Made by a program: the position numbers and the translations under genes. A stretch of 64,000 nucleotides of DNA from Planctomycetota bacterium (GTDB lineage Bacteria > Planctomycetota > Planctomycetia > Pirellulales > UBA1268): contig JAPOIM010000012.1 in assembly GCA_029978905.1 (NCBI GenBank), positions 333-64,332 of the forward strand, given 5' to 3'. Shown here piece after piece: positions 1 through 8,858 of the stretch. Under the pieces are notes generated by a model, which did no database searches, was not told where the DNA came from, and saw only the letters and a program-made list of their open reading frames with translations. Position 1 is the stretch's first letter. Each line of letters begins with the position of its first letter.

Positions 1-1
1 T

Positions 2-157
2 GCGGATCTCCATAAGGAGGCCTGGGAGAATCCGGGCGACCCCGATGTGCGGATCCGCCTCGGAGAGTTGGCTGCTCGGTTGGGCCGACCGGATCTCGAA
101 AAGGTGTGGCGGGATGCCGCAGAAGCCGTGCGGACCGCACGCTCTGGCGACGAATGA
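2..157 (+). CDS. 3' end of an upstream gene (hypothetical protein, last 51 aa only)
   Basis: Frame 2 is open from the window edge. It reads ADLHKEAWENPGDPDVRIRLGELAARLGRPDLEKVWRDAAEAVRTARSGDE and stops at TGA 155-157. Third codon positions are GC-rich. It is too short to assign a family. Confidence 0.4.
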   Translation, partial: ADLHKEAWENPGDPDVRIRLGELAARLGRPDLEKVWRDAAEAVRTARSGDE

Positions 158-193
158 GTGGTGCAAAAGTGACAGTCGCCACGCTGGAGTTTG

Positions 194-1618
194 TTACCAG
201 ATCACAAGCATCTGTGTTTGGATGGCGGTGCCGCTGAAACCGGCGCGGTAGGGGTAGAGCGTGTTGTCGGCAGGGCTACGGTTGTAATAGAGGGCCTCGA
301 GGGTCAACTTGCTCTGCCGCGACTTGCGGAGATACCAGTTGAAACCACCGCCATATTCCTGGCCTGTGCCGTAGAGACCTGTGACGGCGCTTGAACGGCC
401 GTAGACCTCGTACTTTCTCGGCACGACACAGAACGACATGTAGGCCACGCCCCCTTGGTCGAAGAGGCTCTGCTGAGCGAAAGGCCCCGTACCTACAAAG
501 TCGTTGAGGAGTCGCCAGTAGTACTCGAAGTTGAGCGCGACGCCGTTGTACTTCCAGCCAGCATCGACCGACGCCAACTGCAGGCGGAACTGATCGACTT
601 GCGAGTTTGGGCCGAGGGCACCGGGAGTCGCGATCGGCGTTCCATCAGACAGCCGGATGATCGTGTCTTCAGGGTTATTCCCGCTGGTGGACTCGACGGC
701 CTGGGAGAGCGCGTGCACGCCACTGCAACCGATGCGGAGCGCGGGCTCGTGGTGGATCTCCATGTCGGAGTAGCCCAAGCCATACTTTCCCCAGGGCTCC
801 CAGGTGAGGATGCCAGCCCACGCCATCGAGGTGCCGTTGCGGTTCACGCCAGCCAGTGAGCCATCGATGGAGTTCCAAACGCCTCCACGCCACGTGAGTT
901 CACCGTCGAGAAAGTCGCCAGCAAACTCCACGCCTGGGGAATAGCTTGGCCGAAAGAAGGTGTTGGCCATGCTGCGGTCGATGCCAAGCACCCAGCGGCT
1001 CGAGGTCGACCACTCCCGAGTGCCCGCCACAAACGTCACGCCACCAGAGATGGAGAGGTGGTCGTTGAACTCATAGCCTACGTAGCCAAGAGGCGTGATG
1101 GCGGAGTTGTTGCCGTAGTCGGTCGTTCCAAAGAGCGAAATCGAGTAGGGGATCTGGTCGTCCGTGATATGGCCTTCGGTGGTGATGAAGAAACGATTGA
1201 TTTCGAAGGTGTTGATGTTGTTGACCGGATAGAGCGCGCCCGTGGAGTCGGTCCAGCTGGTGACCGAGCGAGCAAACTCAAACCACCGCACCTGCATAAA
1301 GCCATTGAGATAGAGAGAGGCAGGGAAGCCTTGATGCTTCTGCCGGGCGTAGACCTCAAAGCCCTTGGGGCCACGGAAGTCGGTGGCGGGGATATACCGC
1401 GGTGCAGGGATGCCGCCGAGCTGCTGGAGCATGATCTGCTCGGCCTCCTCGCGGAGAATGGCCTGCATCTCGGGATCGGTGCGGAGGGCTTCCCGAAAGG
1501 CGTCGCGAAGTTCGCTGTTGGCTTCCTCCGCAGCCCCACTCGCAGCACAGACTGCGACCAGGACCGCCGTGACGACAAGGCGGATCAGGGTGCTCGAGCT
1601 TCGCAACAACCGTGACAT
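194..1618 (-). CDS. outer-membrane beta-barrel porin (OprO/OprP-like, putative)
   Basis: The ORF is 194..1624 with TTG at 1624. The in-frame ATG at 1618 gives MSRLLRSSSTLIRLVVTAVLVAVCAASGAAEE, a Sec signal. The body is rich in Gly/Tyr/Trp/Asn with alternating strand-like patterns and ends ...QTQMLVIW, a C-terminal aromatic typical of OM barrels. Confidence 0.55.
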   Translation of the reverse strand: MSRLLRSSSTLIRLVVTAVLVAVCAASGAAEEANSELRDAFREALRTDPEMQAILREEAEQIMLQQLGGIPAPRYIPATDFRGPKGFEVYARQKHQGFPASLYLNGFMQVRWFEFARSVTSWTDSTGALYPVNNINTFEINRFFITTEGHITDDQIPYSISLFGTTDYGNNSAITPLGYVGYEFNDHLSISGGVTFVAGTREWSTSSRWVLGIDRSMANTFFRPSYSPGVEFAGDFLDGELTWRGGVWNSIDGSLAGVNRNGTSMAWAGILTWEPWGKYGLGYSDMEIHHEPALRIGCSGVHALSQAVESTSGNNPEDTIIRLSDGTPIATPGALGPNSQVDQFRLQLASVDAGWKYNGVALNFEYYWRLLNDFVGTGPFAQQSLFDQGGVAYMSFCVVPRKYEVYGRSSAVTGLYGTGQEYGGGFNWYLRKSRQSKLTLEALYYNRSPADNTLYPYRAGFSGTAIQTQMLVIW

Positions 1619-1912
1619 TCCCAAGAAAAAGCCTGGAAAACCCGCATGGTGGCCTACTTCGCTCCCCTCGCATCGTCATCAGGGAGTCCGAGTGTGAGGG
1701 TTTTTCTGAATGCGGGCTTCGGGGAAGATGGGCTGCGTTGGATGGGTGTTTTGGCGGAAGCAGCGGGGCTTCGACACCGCGCGGGTCCATGAGGCTGGGG
1801 GAGATCGGCAGGACGGTGAGTTGAGGGAAATCGGGTGAACGCAGTGCCGTGGTGAGCCCCGGTTGACCCCTTCGAGACAGTTCTTTATTCCCGCACAGAA
1901 GAGGGAGAAGAC

Positions 1913-2332
1913 GTGCTGCACGAGGAGGGTGAGGTTGTGAGCGGGCGAAAAAAGCATCCACGCGGAAGCATGCTGCAGCGCTTTAATCGGGCGGTCACGA
2001 GAAGCGTGAGGGCACTCGCCGAGAGTCCATGGATGAAGTTCACGACAGGCGCTGTGCTGTTGACGAGCGGACTTGATGAAGCGATCGACACGCTCTTTAG
2101 CGATCTCTCGGCACTCAAACTCGGCGCCCATCACGGGGTGATGATGCTTGGCTTCGTGAACGTGCTCTCGGCGTTGCCCGACATGCTCGACGGATTGGTA
2201 GGCACGGTCCTCCTCGATGACGAGACGCCTGAGGACGAAGGCGATGAGGATGGTCTCGAACCTGCGGCCCTCTCGATCGATGCGGCCGACCCCACTCCCC
2301 CGGTGGCGGAGACGTCACGTCGCGCAGCGTGA
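1913..2332 (+). CDS. hypothetical small membrane-associated protein with acidic C-terminal tail
   Basis: GTG at 1913 lies 5 nt after GGAG (1904-1907). There is a hydrophobic segment HHGVMMLGFVNVLSALPDMLDGLVG and a tail DDETPEDEGDEDG. No family is recognised. Confidence 0.45.
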   Translation: MLHEEGEVVSGRKKHPRGSMLQRFNRAVTRSVRALAESPWMKFTTGAVLLTSGLDEAIDTLFSDLSALKLGAHHGVMMLGFVNVLSALPDMLDGLVGTVLLDDETPEDEGDEDGLEPAALSIDAADPTPPVAETSRRAA

Positions 2333-2345
2333 GCAATGCAGCGAG

Positions 2346-2882
2346 CTATCGCTGACTCAAGGGCTCGCCACAGCTGTCACAGAACCGCGCGTCTGCCGCT
2401 GCATCCTCACCGCAGTGAGTGCACTGCCGCCTCGCCAGTGAGGCACCGCAGGCTTTGCAGAAGCGGGCATCAGCGTCGTTGCCGGTGTCGCACTGAAGGC
2501 AGGTCAGCACGTCTGTGGCCCCCGGGGTGGAGGTGCCGTCTCTCAGCCCGGTGGCCACGGCAGCGGCGACGTCGCGAATCGATCCCTTGGTGTCACGAAC
2601 GACAGTGTTGAGCACGTCGGTACCCACCGGGGTGACCTCATGGGCCATGTACTGGGTGATTGCTCCCATGTAGCCAAACTTGGAGATGACGACGCCTACT
2701 CCCATCAGCGGCATGCCAATGAAGGCACACCAAAAGTAGCGCGGAGGACCGGAAAAACTCCCGAACGCTGAAAAGAAACTGATCAGGCCGATCGCGGTGA
2801 AGACCACGCCGGTGACAAACACCAAGGGCCCAAGCGTGCGGAGCAGGCTCCGCGTCTGCTCGTGTTGTCGACGGTGACGCAT
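2346..2882 (-). CDS. membrane protein with C-terminal double zinc-ribbon
   Basis: The start was re-picked at ATG 2882, preceded by GGAGGA. The longer ORF to 3035 overlaps the upstream gene. There are two TM segments (LGPLVFVTGVVFTAIGLISFF, FWCAFIGMPLMGVGVVISKF). Two CxxC...CxxC ribbons follow: CLQCDTGNDADARFCKACG and CTHCGEDAAADARFCDSCG. Confidence 0.65.
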   Translation of the reverse strand: MRHRRQHEQTRSLLRTLGPLVFVTGVVFTAIGLISFFSAFGSFSGPPRYFWCAFIGMPLMGVGVVISKFGYMGAITQYMAHEVTPVGTDVLNTVVRDTKGSIRDVAAAVATGLRDGTSTPGATDVLTCLQCDTGNDADARFCKACGASLARRQCTHCGEDAAADARFCDSCGEPLSQR

Positions 2883-2922
2883 GGGAAATCCTCCACGAGT
2901 GCCATAAGGATCTGCGACAGCA

Positions 2923-4194
2923 TCAGTATTGCGGAAAAATCGCCGGGCTGGGGAATCGCTCTTCAATGCTCGAGGCATCGTTGAGGTATTCCTCCCGGGG
3001 CACTTGCACCTGAGGCCAGGTGTCTGGGCGAACACGAACGACGCGACCGGGCCGAATGCCTTCGATGATCAGGTCGGTCTCGAAACGCACCTGTATGCCG
3101 CTGCTGCCTAGCGGTGGCTCGCCCTCACTGGTGAGCACCTCAAGAATCGTGCCACGGGAGGCCATGTGGGCTGGGCCGTAGGCACCGTGCGTGTGCTTGA
3201 GGGTGTTTTCGACCGCGTTCATCATGGCCGCACGGCCGGGCACAAAGTCGGCGTAGAGGTCGTCGTCCATGCCGCCAAAGAGGGTTGCGATGACCTTCGC
3301 GCTGCCAAAGGTGCCGTACTCGACCGAGTCGATCCAGGCAGGCATCCACCGGCTACGAATGAAGGCTTTGTGCGTTTCGGTTTGTTGGTCCGCAGCGCGG
3401 TGGATCGCATCCTCATCCAGCCAGATGTCGGAGATGTGAAATCTGGTGAACACCCCATCGGGCGTGGGCCGCCAGGAGATCCCCAACAGCACGGTCTGGT
3501 CGAGCCCGTGCTTCCCTTCGGCGGGCCAGAGCCCTTCTGAGACCACGTCCTCAACCGTAAGGCATTCCCGCCCTCGCCAGATGCGGGTCGCGGCATCGAA
3601 GGAAAGCGTTTCGTCCTGAGGCTCGCTGCCGCTGCCATCTCTCGGTTCGACATGGGCGACGATCATGCCCGCCTGGCTGTGGCGATCGATCTCGGTGAGT
3701 CGCCACACGAGGCCTTCCCGGAGGCAGTGGCTCGGCTCGTCTTCGAGCAGCAGCACATGGTTTTCGGCAGGTGCGATGCCGGCGCCACGGTTGTGGTTGG
3801 CGTCTCTGGCTTTGTTATCCACAGGCAGGACAGGCACTGCGGAGATTTCTGGGTTTGGTGGGAGAAAGGCCCGCACATGGAGCACGGTGCCCAGCGGAAT
3901 GTCTCGCAGGTCTGCCGGCGCGTCGTGATACCGAACGACGGCGTAGGGGAGCAGCGCAAAGGGGTGTGGGTCGTTGCGGAAGAACATGCCCGACCCCTGG
4001 ACGCGGATGCTGCCGCGACGGTTGGCGTGATCCACAAACACCAGCTCGCCACGATACGTGTGGCTCATGTCGAGTGGTGGAAAGGTGCCCGCCTCTGGGC
4101 GAAAGGGTTCGTCGTCGGCCTGTGACGTGGATCGTGGCAGGACCGCACACGCTGCGAGCATGGCGAGGCACACGACGATGGTGCGTGGTGTCAT
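2923..4194 (-). CDS. secreted hypothetical protein
   Basis: 423-aa ORF with signal peptide [26 protein letters not shown]. Its ATG (4194-4192) overlaps the TGA (4193-4191) of the upstream DUF1552 gene, giving ATGA coupling. No family is recognised. Confidence 0.65.
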   Translation of the reverse strand: MTPRTIVVCLAMLAACAVLPRSTSQADDEPFRPEAGTFPPLDMSHTYRGELVFVDHANRRGSIRVQGSGMFFRNDPHPFALLPYAVVRYHDAPADLRDIPLGTVLHVRAFLPPNPEISAVPVLPVDNKARDANHNRGAGIAPAENHVLLLEDEPSHCLREGLVWRLTEIDRHSQAGMIVAHVEPRDGSGSEPQDETLSFDAATRIWRGRECLTVEDVVSEGLWPAEGKHGLDQTVLLGISWRPTPDGVFTRFHISDIWLDEDAIHRAADQQTETHKAFIRSRWMPAWIDSVEYGTFGSAKVIATLFGGMDDDLYADFVPGRAAMMNAVENTLKHTHGAYGPAHMASRGTILEVLTSEGEPPLGSSGIQVRFETDLIIEGIRPGRVVRVRPDTWPQVQVPREEYLNDASSIEERFPSPAIFPQY

Positions 4195-5549
4195 AGTTCG
4201 ACCACCCGATTGCTGTCGCCAAATGAGTCGATGTCCACTCCCATCCGCTGTGCCATGAGCAGCAGCAGGTTGCTCATGTGGGCCTGCGTGTTGGCGGGGC
4301 GGCTGCAGAGTCCGTAGTGCTCGCCAGGCTTGTCGAGTTGGTAGCCCTGGAAGTGTCCCTGGTTAAAGTCGAGGTGGCTCCCGTGGGTGAGGCCCAGGTC
4401 GGATCCACCGGCAAGCACGAGCGGGAGGTTTGCGTTGCCGTGACTGTGGCCGTACGACATGCCACTGCCAAAGAGTGCCATCGTGCTGCCAAGCAGGGGT
4501 TGTCCGTTGAGATCTTTGGTCTCCGTCAGCCGGGTGAGGAAGTAACTGAACTGTTCGATCGCGAAGGTGTCGTAGTTGGTGAGTTTTTCCATGTAGCCCG
4601 CATCGCCGCCGTGGTGGCTGAGTTGATGCCGCGACTCAGTGATCCCGATCTCGGGAATCGCGAAGGCGTCTCCCTCTCCCCCGAGGCTGAACGTGGCCAC
4701 CCGTGTGACGTCGGTCTGAAAGGCGAGAGTGATCAGGTCGTAGACGGCGCGGAAATAGTCGCCGGCCTGCGTCTGGGGGATGTCGCGATTGGTGCGCTGC
4801 CGGTCTGCGTCGGCGATCTCGGGGAGGGGCGTGTCGAGCCAGGCATCCGCACGCCGCGTACGAATCTCGGCCTCACGAACAGACGTGAGGTACTGGTCGA
4901 GGCGACCTCGGTCGGCCTGTCCCATCTTTTCTTCGAGCCGATGGACTTCGGCAAGGTTGTCGTCGAGCACGCTGGCCTTGCGCCGCAAGGCTTTTCGTTG
5001 GGCCTCGGTGCCCCCTTTGGGGGCTTCGAAGAGTGAGGCAAAGATCTCGCTGCAGCGTCGCAGGGCAGGGAGCTGAACGCCATCCGCTGTCCAGGCAAGC
5101 GAGCCCTGGGTGAGCGCAACTTCCATCGATGGATACCGTGTGTGTTCGGCCGTCACCTCCGCCATCTTCTGATCGACCGAGATCGTATTGCGATCGGATG
5201 GGCCAAGCTGACCTCCGGTGAGCCACACCGAGATGCAGTTGTGGTGATGGCTCAGGGCTCCTGGATGGTGGAGCCCGCTGATTGGCGTGATGACGCTGCG
5301 GTGTGGTTCCAGCGGCTTCAGCGATCGCGAAAACGCGTAGTCTTTGCCGGGCGTTGTGATCTGATAGTTCAGCGAATGCACACCGTTGGCCAGGTAGACA
5401 AACGCACTCCGTCGAGGCGTCGTGAGGTCCTGCTCGGAAGCCTGCAGCGGCAGCATGCACTCGAGCATCGGAAGGCCGATGCAGGTGCCCATCGCACGCA
5501 GCGCGTGGCGTCGGTCGATCAACCAGGATTGGGAAAGAAAGTGGCCCAT
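4191..5549 (-). CDS. DUF1552 domain-containing protein
   Basis: The N-terminus [27 protein letters not shown] is the characteristic Tat-like DUF1552 leader. The [11 protein letters not shown] region fits the family. The gene sits directly downstream of a DUF1592-type gene, the usual pairing in Planctomycetota and Verrucomicrobiota. Confidence 0.8.
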   Translation of the reverse strand: MGHFLSQSWLIDRRHALRAMGTCIGLPMLECMLPLQASEQDLTTPRRSAFVYLANGVHSLNYQITTPGKDYAFSRSLKPLEPHRSVITPISGLHHPGALSHHHNCISVWLTGGQLGPSDRNTISVDQKMAEVTAEHTRYPSMEVALTQGSLAWTADGVQLPALRRCSEIFASLFEAPKGGTEAQRKALRRKASVLDDNLAEVHRLEEKMGQADRGRLDQYLTSVREAEIRTRRADAWLDTPLPEIADADRQRTNRDIPQTQAGDYFRAVYDLITLAFQTDVTRVATFSLGGEGDAFAIPEIGITESRHQLSHHGGDAGYMEKLTNYDTFAIEQFSYFLTRLTETKDLNGQPLLGSTMALFGSGMSYGHSHGNANLPLVLAGGSDLGLTHGSHLDFNQGHFQGYQLDKPGEHYGLCSRPANTQAHMSNLLLLMAQRMGVDIDSFGDSNRVVEL

Positions 5550-5566
5550 GGTGTACCTGTACCTTT

Positions 5567-8026
5567 TCAGCGTTTTTGGAGCAGGTCGGACAAGGCAACT
5601 GCCCGCACGATGTCTTGGAGTTGGTAGTTGTGTTGTTGGGCGGCGTCCATGATGGCCTGAACATCATCGCGATCGTCGATCGTCAGGACACGGCGAAGTG
5701 CGTATGTGCACAGCTGCTCGATCAGGGCTCGTGCGACACGCTCGCGGTCTTCGATCACGAGTCGTTTGAAGTCCACGGCATCACTGAAGGCGCGGCCATC
5801 GGGGAGCACTCCTGACGCATCCACCTCAGGATCAGCCCCCATCCCCGTGGGAACCTGCTCGTGCGTTCTCCACTGCCCAATCGCGTCGTAGTGATCAAAC
5901 GCCAAGCCGAGCGGGTCGATCTGGCGGTGGCATGCTGCGCAGCTGGCGACGTGCGCGTGGGCTTCGATGCGGCTGCGGATCGTGACCTTGGCCTCCGAGG
6001 GGGGCACCGGTTCGATCGGATCGACGTTGGCGGGTGGTGGCGGGGGCGTTTTATTGAACAGCACCTCACTGATCCACACGCCTCGGTGGACTGGGCGGTG
6101 CCGGGTGCCGTCTGAGGTCAGTCCCAGTACCGCGCCCATCGTGAGCAGCCCACCACGATGGTCGTCTGGAGTGAGCGCCACCCGTTGAAAGCCCTGGCGT
6201 GTCGGTTCCGCAAGACCGTAGAAATCGCATAGCCGAGCGTTGGCCATCGTCCAGTCGGCGTCGAGGAGGTTCTCGATCGGCAGGTTGTTGGCAAACATCT
6301 CGCGGAAAAACTCGACGGGTTCCGCTTGCATGCTCGTCTCGAGCCAGTCGTCGTAGGTCGGATAGAGCTTCTTGTCGGGAGGGAACGTGCCCACGCGATG
6401 GAGCTGCAGCCACTGGCGAGAGAAATCGTCGATGAAGCGGTGCATCCGGGTGTCGGTCAGCATCCGGTTGAGCTCCTCCTCGAGTCCATCGCCTTTAAGC
6501 GTGCCGGCTCGGGCGGCCGCAAACAGACCCTCATCCGGCAGCGAACTCCACAGGAAGTAAGAGAGCCGTGAGGCGAGTTCCCACTGCGTCAGACGCTCGC
6601 GACCTTGAGGATCTCCTTCGACGAGGTAGAGGAAGTTTCGCGAGGTGAGCATGCCGGTGAGCGCCACCCGGTAGGCGGAGGCCATCGGCTCCCCGGCCTC
6701 GCGTTCGCCACGGTAAGACTGCAGGTAGGCGTCAAGCTCGCCATCGAGGACAGGCCGCCGCCAGGCTCGCTCGGCAAAGTGCTGAAGGTGCTCGGCAACC
6801 ACCTCGAGGGAAGCGTCGTCGGGAGGTATGACACCCAGTCGCAGCGATTTCTCCGCATCGGTTTCCAGCGGGCCCTCCCACTCGATCCAGTCGATGAGCA
6901 CTGTGGAGAAGAGGCCGTTGCCTTGGTCATCAAACATCTGCGGCGCGTTTGGATTGAGCAGCAGCGTGTCGCTGCTGTGGGTGAAGAGCGAGGAGGAACT
7001 TGTCAGCGCGTTGCGAAAGGCGGCGCCGCCTCGCCGGTCCACGCCGTCCGTCGCCACCACGCAGAAGTGCAGGGTCTTGGGCATCTCGAGGAACACCTCA
7101 AACTCGTACACCTCGGGTGCGTCTTCGGGGGCGGTGATGTCAAACTCGATCAGTCCCTCGACCGTTTCTTCACTGGTCTCCTGACCAATGCTCAGGTGGG
7201 CGGGTTGCCCGCCGATGGGGCGAATCCCGCTGGCCTGTAGGCGCAAGCGATACAGTCCGCTGTGCTCGGGGCCGGTTTGTCCGAACCAGTGGGAGGCCAG
7301 CGCCTGCTGCACGCGACCGGGAAAGAGGAGAAGCCGCAGTGGTCGGGTGATGCCGAAGCGCGTGAGGATCTCTTGCTGCTTCTCGCCACCGCCATACCGG
7401 AGGTCGGCGGCGGTCTTCCGCGCCGTTCGTGATTGCACGCCTTGCGGGGGAAACGCCCGGTCGAGCACGATCTCTGCGGCGCGGTAGTAGCGGTCGATGT
7501 GCGACGGCGAGAGGGTGAGCTCGGAACCGATGCGTTCAAAGCCGTGCCACAGGCTGTCTTCGTTGAGTTCCCCTGGCTTGGCGGGATCGTACCGCACACC
7601 GAGAAGATCGTAGACCGTGTTCTGATACTCCTTGCGGCTCAGCCGAGAGTGCACCACGGCGGGGCGAGCCGCCATCCGAGCAGCACGGCCGGCTTTGAGT
7701 TGGGCATCGAGGCTGGCAACAAAGGCCGCGATCTCATTCTGCGTCGGCTGAGGCTCGGTCGGCGGGGGCATCTCACCACTGTTGACCTTGTCGAGCACCT
7801 CGGCCCAGTGGTGGGAGTCGACACCGGCGAGAAAGTCACGCGACAAAAGATCGAGGCGAATGTCACCCTCTTCGTGTTCCTCACCATGGCAGCGGACGCA
7901 GTGCTGTTTCAGAAACGCTTCCAACACTGCCTCGCCACAGGCGCGCCCACACGACGCGGTGCTCACGAGCAGCATGCCGAGTGACACGAGCAGGTGTCTG
8001 CGGAAGCGGTGTGCTCGGCCAGCCAT
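5567..8026 (-). CDS. DUF1592/DUF1588/DUF1587/DUF1585-type protein with two CxxCH motifs
   Basis: The start was re-picked at ATG 8026 ([27 protein letters not shown]). CVRCH lies at 7886-7900, followed by GDIRLDL, and CAACH lies at 5927-5941. The size (about 819 aa) and the partner DUF1552 gene fit the family. Confidence 0.8.
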   Translation of the reverse strand: MAGRAHRFRRHLLVSLGMLLVSTASCGRACGEAVLEAFLKQHCVRCHGEEHEEGDIRLDLLSRDFLAGVDSHHWAEVLDKVNSGEMPPPTEPQPTQNEIAAFVASLDAQLKAGRAARMAARPAVVHSRLSRKEYQNTVYDLLGVRYDPAKPGELNEDSLWHGFERIGSELTLSPSHIDRYYRAAEIVLDRAFPPQGVQSRTARKTAADLRYGGGEKQQEILTRFGITRPLRLLLFPGRVQQALASHWFGQTGPEHSGLYRLRLQASGIRPIGGQPAHLSIGQETSEETVEGLIEFDITAPEDAPEVYEFEVFLEMPKTLHFCVVATDGVDRRGGAAFRNALTSSSSLFTHSSDTLLLNPNAPQMFDDQGNGLFSTVLIDWIEWEGPLETDAEKSLRLGVIPPDDASLEVVAEHLQHFAERAWRRPVLDGELDAYLQSYRGEREAGEPMASAYRVALTGMLTSRNFLYLVEGDPQGRERLTQWELASRLSYFLWSSLPDEGLFAAARAGTLKGDGLEEELNRMLTDTRMHRFIDDFSRQWLQLHRVGTFPPDKKLYPTYDDWLETSMQAEPVEFFREMFANNLPIENLLDADWTMANARLCDFYGLAEPTRQGFQRVALTPDDHRGGLLTMGAVLGLTSDGTRHRPVHRGVWISEVLFNKTPPPPPANVDPIEPVPPSEAKVTIRSRIEAHAHVASCAACHRQIDPLGLAFDHYDAIGQWRTHEQVPTGMGADPEVDASGVLPDGRAFSDAVDFKRLVIEDRERVARALIEQLCTYALRRVLTIDDRDDVQAIMDAAQQHNYQLQDIVRAVALSDLLQKR

Positions 8027-8167
8027 GACGAAATGGTCTCCCCCGGGTGCTCTCTCCCGTCCATTATGCTTTCCGCACCCAGACGTCTGCACCACCACTT
8101 CTCACAGGGGGAGTGGCCCTGCGGGGGAGCGCGTCGGGGGTGTCGATCACGATTCCGGGAGAGGGGT

Positions 8168-8575
8168 ATGACAGACGTGCCGTGGATGGAGTGGTATCAG
8201 AGCCTCGCCAAACCCTCATGGACGCCGCAGCCCCAGACGATTGGGCTGATTTGGCAGATCCTGTATCCCATCATTGTTGCCACGTTTGGGTACGTGTTCA
8301 TCCAAGCCGGGCGTCGGCGGATTCCCTGGCTCGTTGCGGTGCCCTTCGCCATCAATCTCGTGGCGAATGTGATTTTCACGCCGATTCAGTTCGGTATGCG
8401 AAATCTGCCGCTGGCCACGGTCGACATCCTGGTCGTGTGGGGCACCATCGTGTGGATGATGATCGCCGTCTGGTCGCATGCTCGTTGGGTGGCGGCGGCC
8501 CAGTTGCCCTACTTCGTCTGGGTCTCGATCGCCACGGTGCTGCAGATTTCCATCACCTGGATGAACCTCGGCTAG
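8168..8575 (+). CDS. tspO: TspO/MBR (tryptophan-rich sensory protein) family protein, short 4-TM form
   Basis: ATG at 8168 follows GGGAGAGGGG. WYQSLAKPSWTPQ matches the TspO WY..L.KP.W.PP motif. Trp-rich hydrophobic helices follow (LIWQILYPIIVATFGY, WLVAVPFAINLVANVIFTPIQFG, ...). Confidence 0.8.
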   Translation: MTDVPWMEWYQSLAKPSWTPQPQTIGLIWQILYPIIVATFGYVFIQAGRRRIPWLVAVPFAINLVANVIFTPIQFGMRNLPLATVDILVVWGTIVWMMIAVWSHARWVAAAQLPYFVWVSIATVLQISITWMNLG

Positions 8576-8595
8576 CACACTCCCCACCAAAAAAG

Positions 8596-8668
8596 TACCC
8601 CCGACAGGGATCGAACCTGTGACCTACGGTTTAGGAAACCGTCGCTCTATCCACTGAGCTACGGGGGC
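8596..8668 (-). tRNA. tRNA-Arg: tRNA-Arg (anticodon CCT)
   Basis: The reverse complement folds as a 73-nt cloverleaf: GCCCCCG TA GCTC AGTGGATA GAGC G ACGGT TTCCTAA ACCGT AGGTC ACAGG TTCGATC CCTGT CGGGGGT A. The anticodon loop TT-CCT-AA gives anticodon CCT. CCA is not encoded. Confidence 0.9.
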
Positions 8669-8696
8669 GTTTTCTCGGCTTTTGCGAACGCGACCA

Positions 8697-8725
8697 ATCT
8701 TACGGCCGACCGTTCTTACCAACAA
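8697..8725 (-). promoter_or_regulatory. sigma70-like promoter candidate for tRNA-Arg
   Basis: On the minus strand, TTGTTG (8725-8720) is followed by a 17-nt spacer and TAAGAT (8702-8697). This lies about 29 nt upstream of the tRNA 5' end. Confidence 0.35.
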
Positions 8726-8858
8726 GAATCGGCGTTCTGGAGGGTACGTGGGGCAGCCGGCCCTCGCTCGGCGTTCCGCCAATGCTGGAGTGGGGCGGCC
8801 CGCGAACGTTGCCTACACTGTATGAAACCGTTTGCCCATCGCGATTGAGGTTGACCGT

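Noticed and set aside
8576-8858. tRNA-Arg as an integration hotspot or genomic-island boundary
   Set aside because: There is no integrase, no direct repeat of the tRNA 3' end, and no compositional shift on either side. The flanking genes (tspO, the redoxin fusion) look like native planctomycetal genes.
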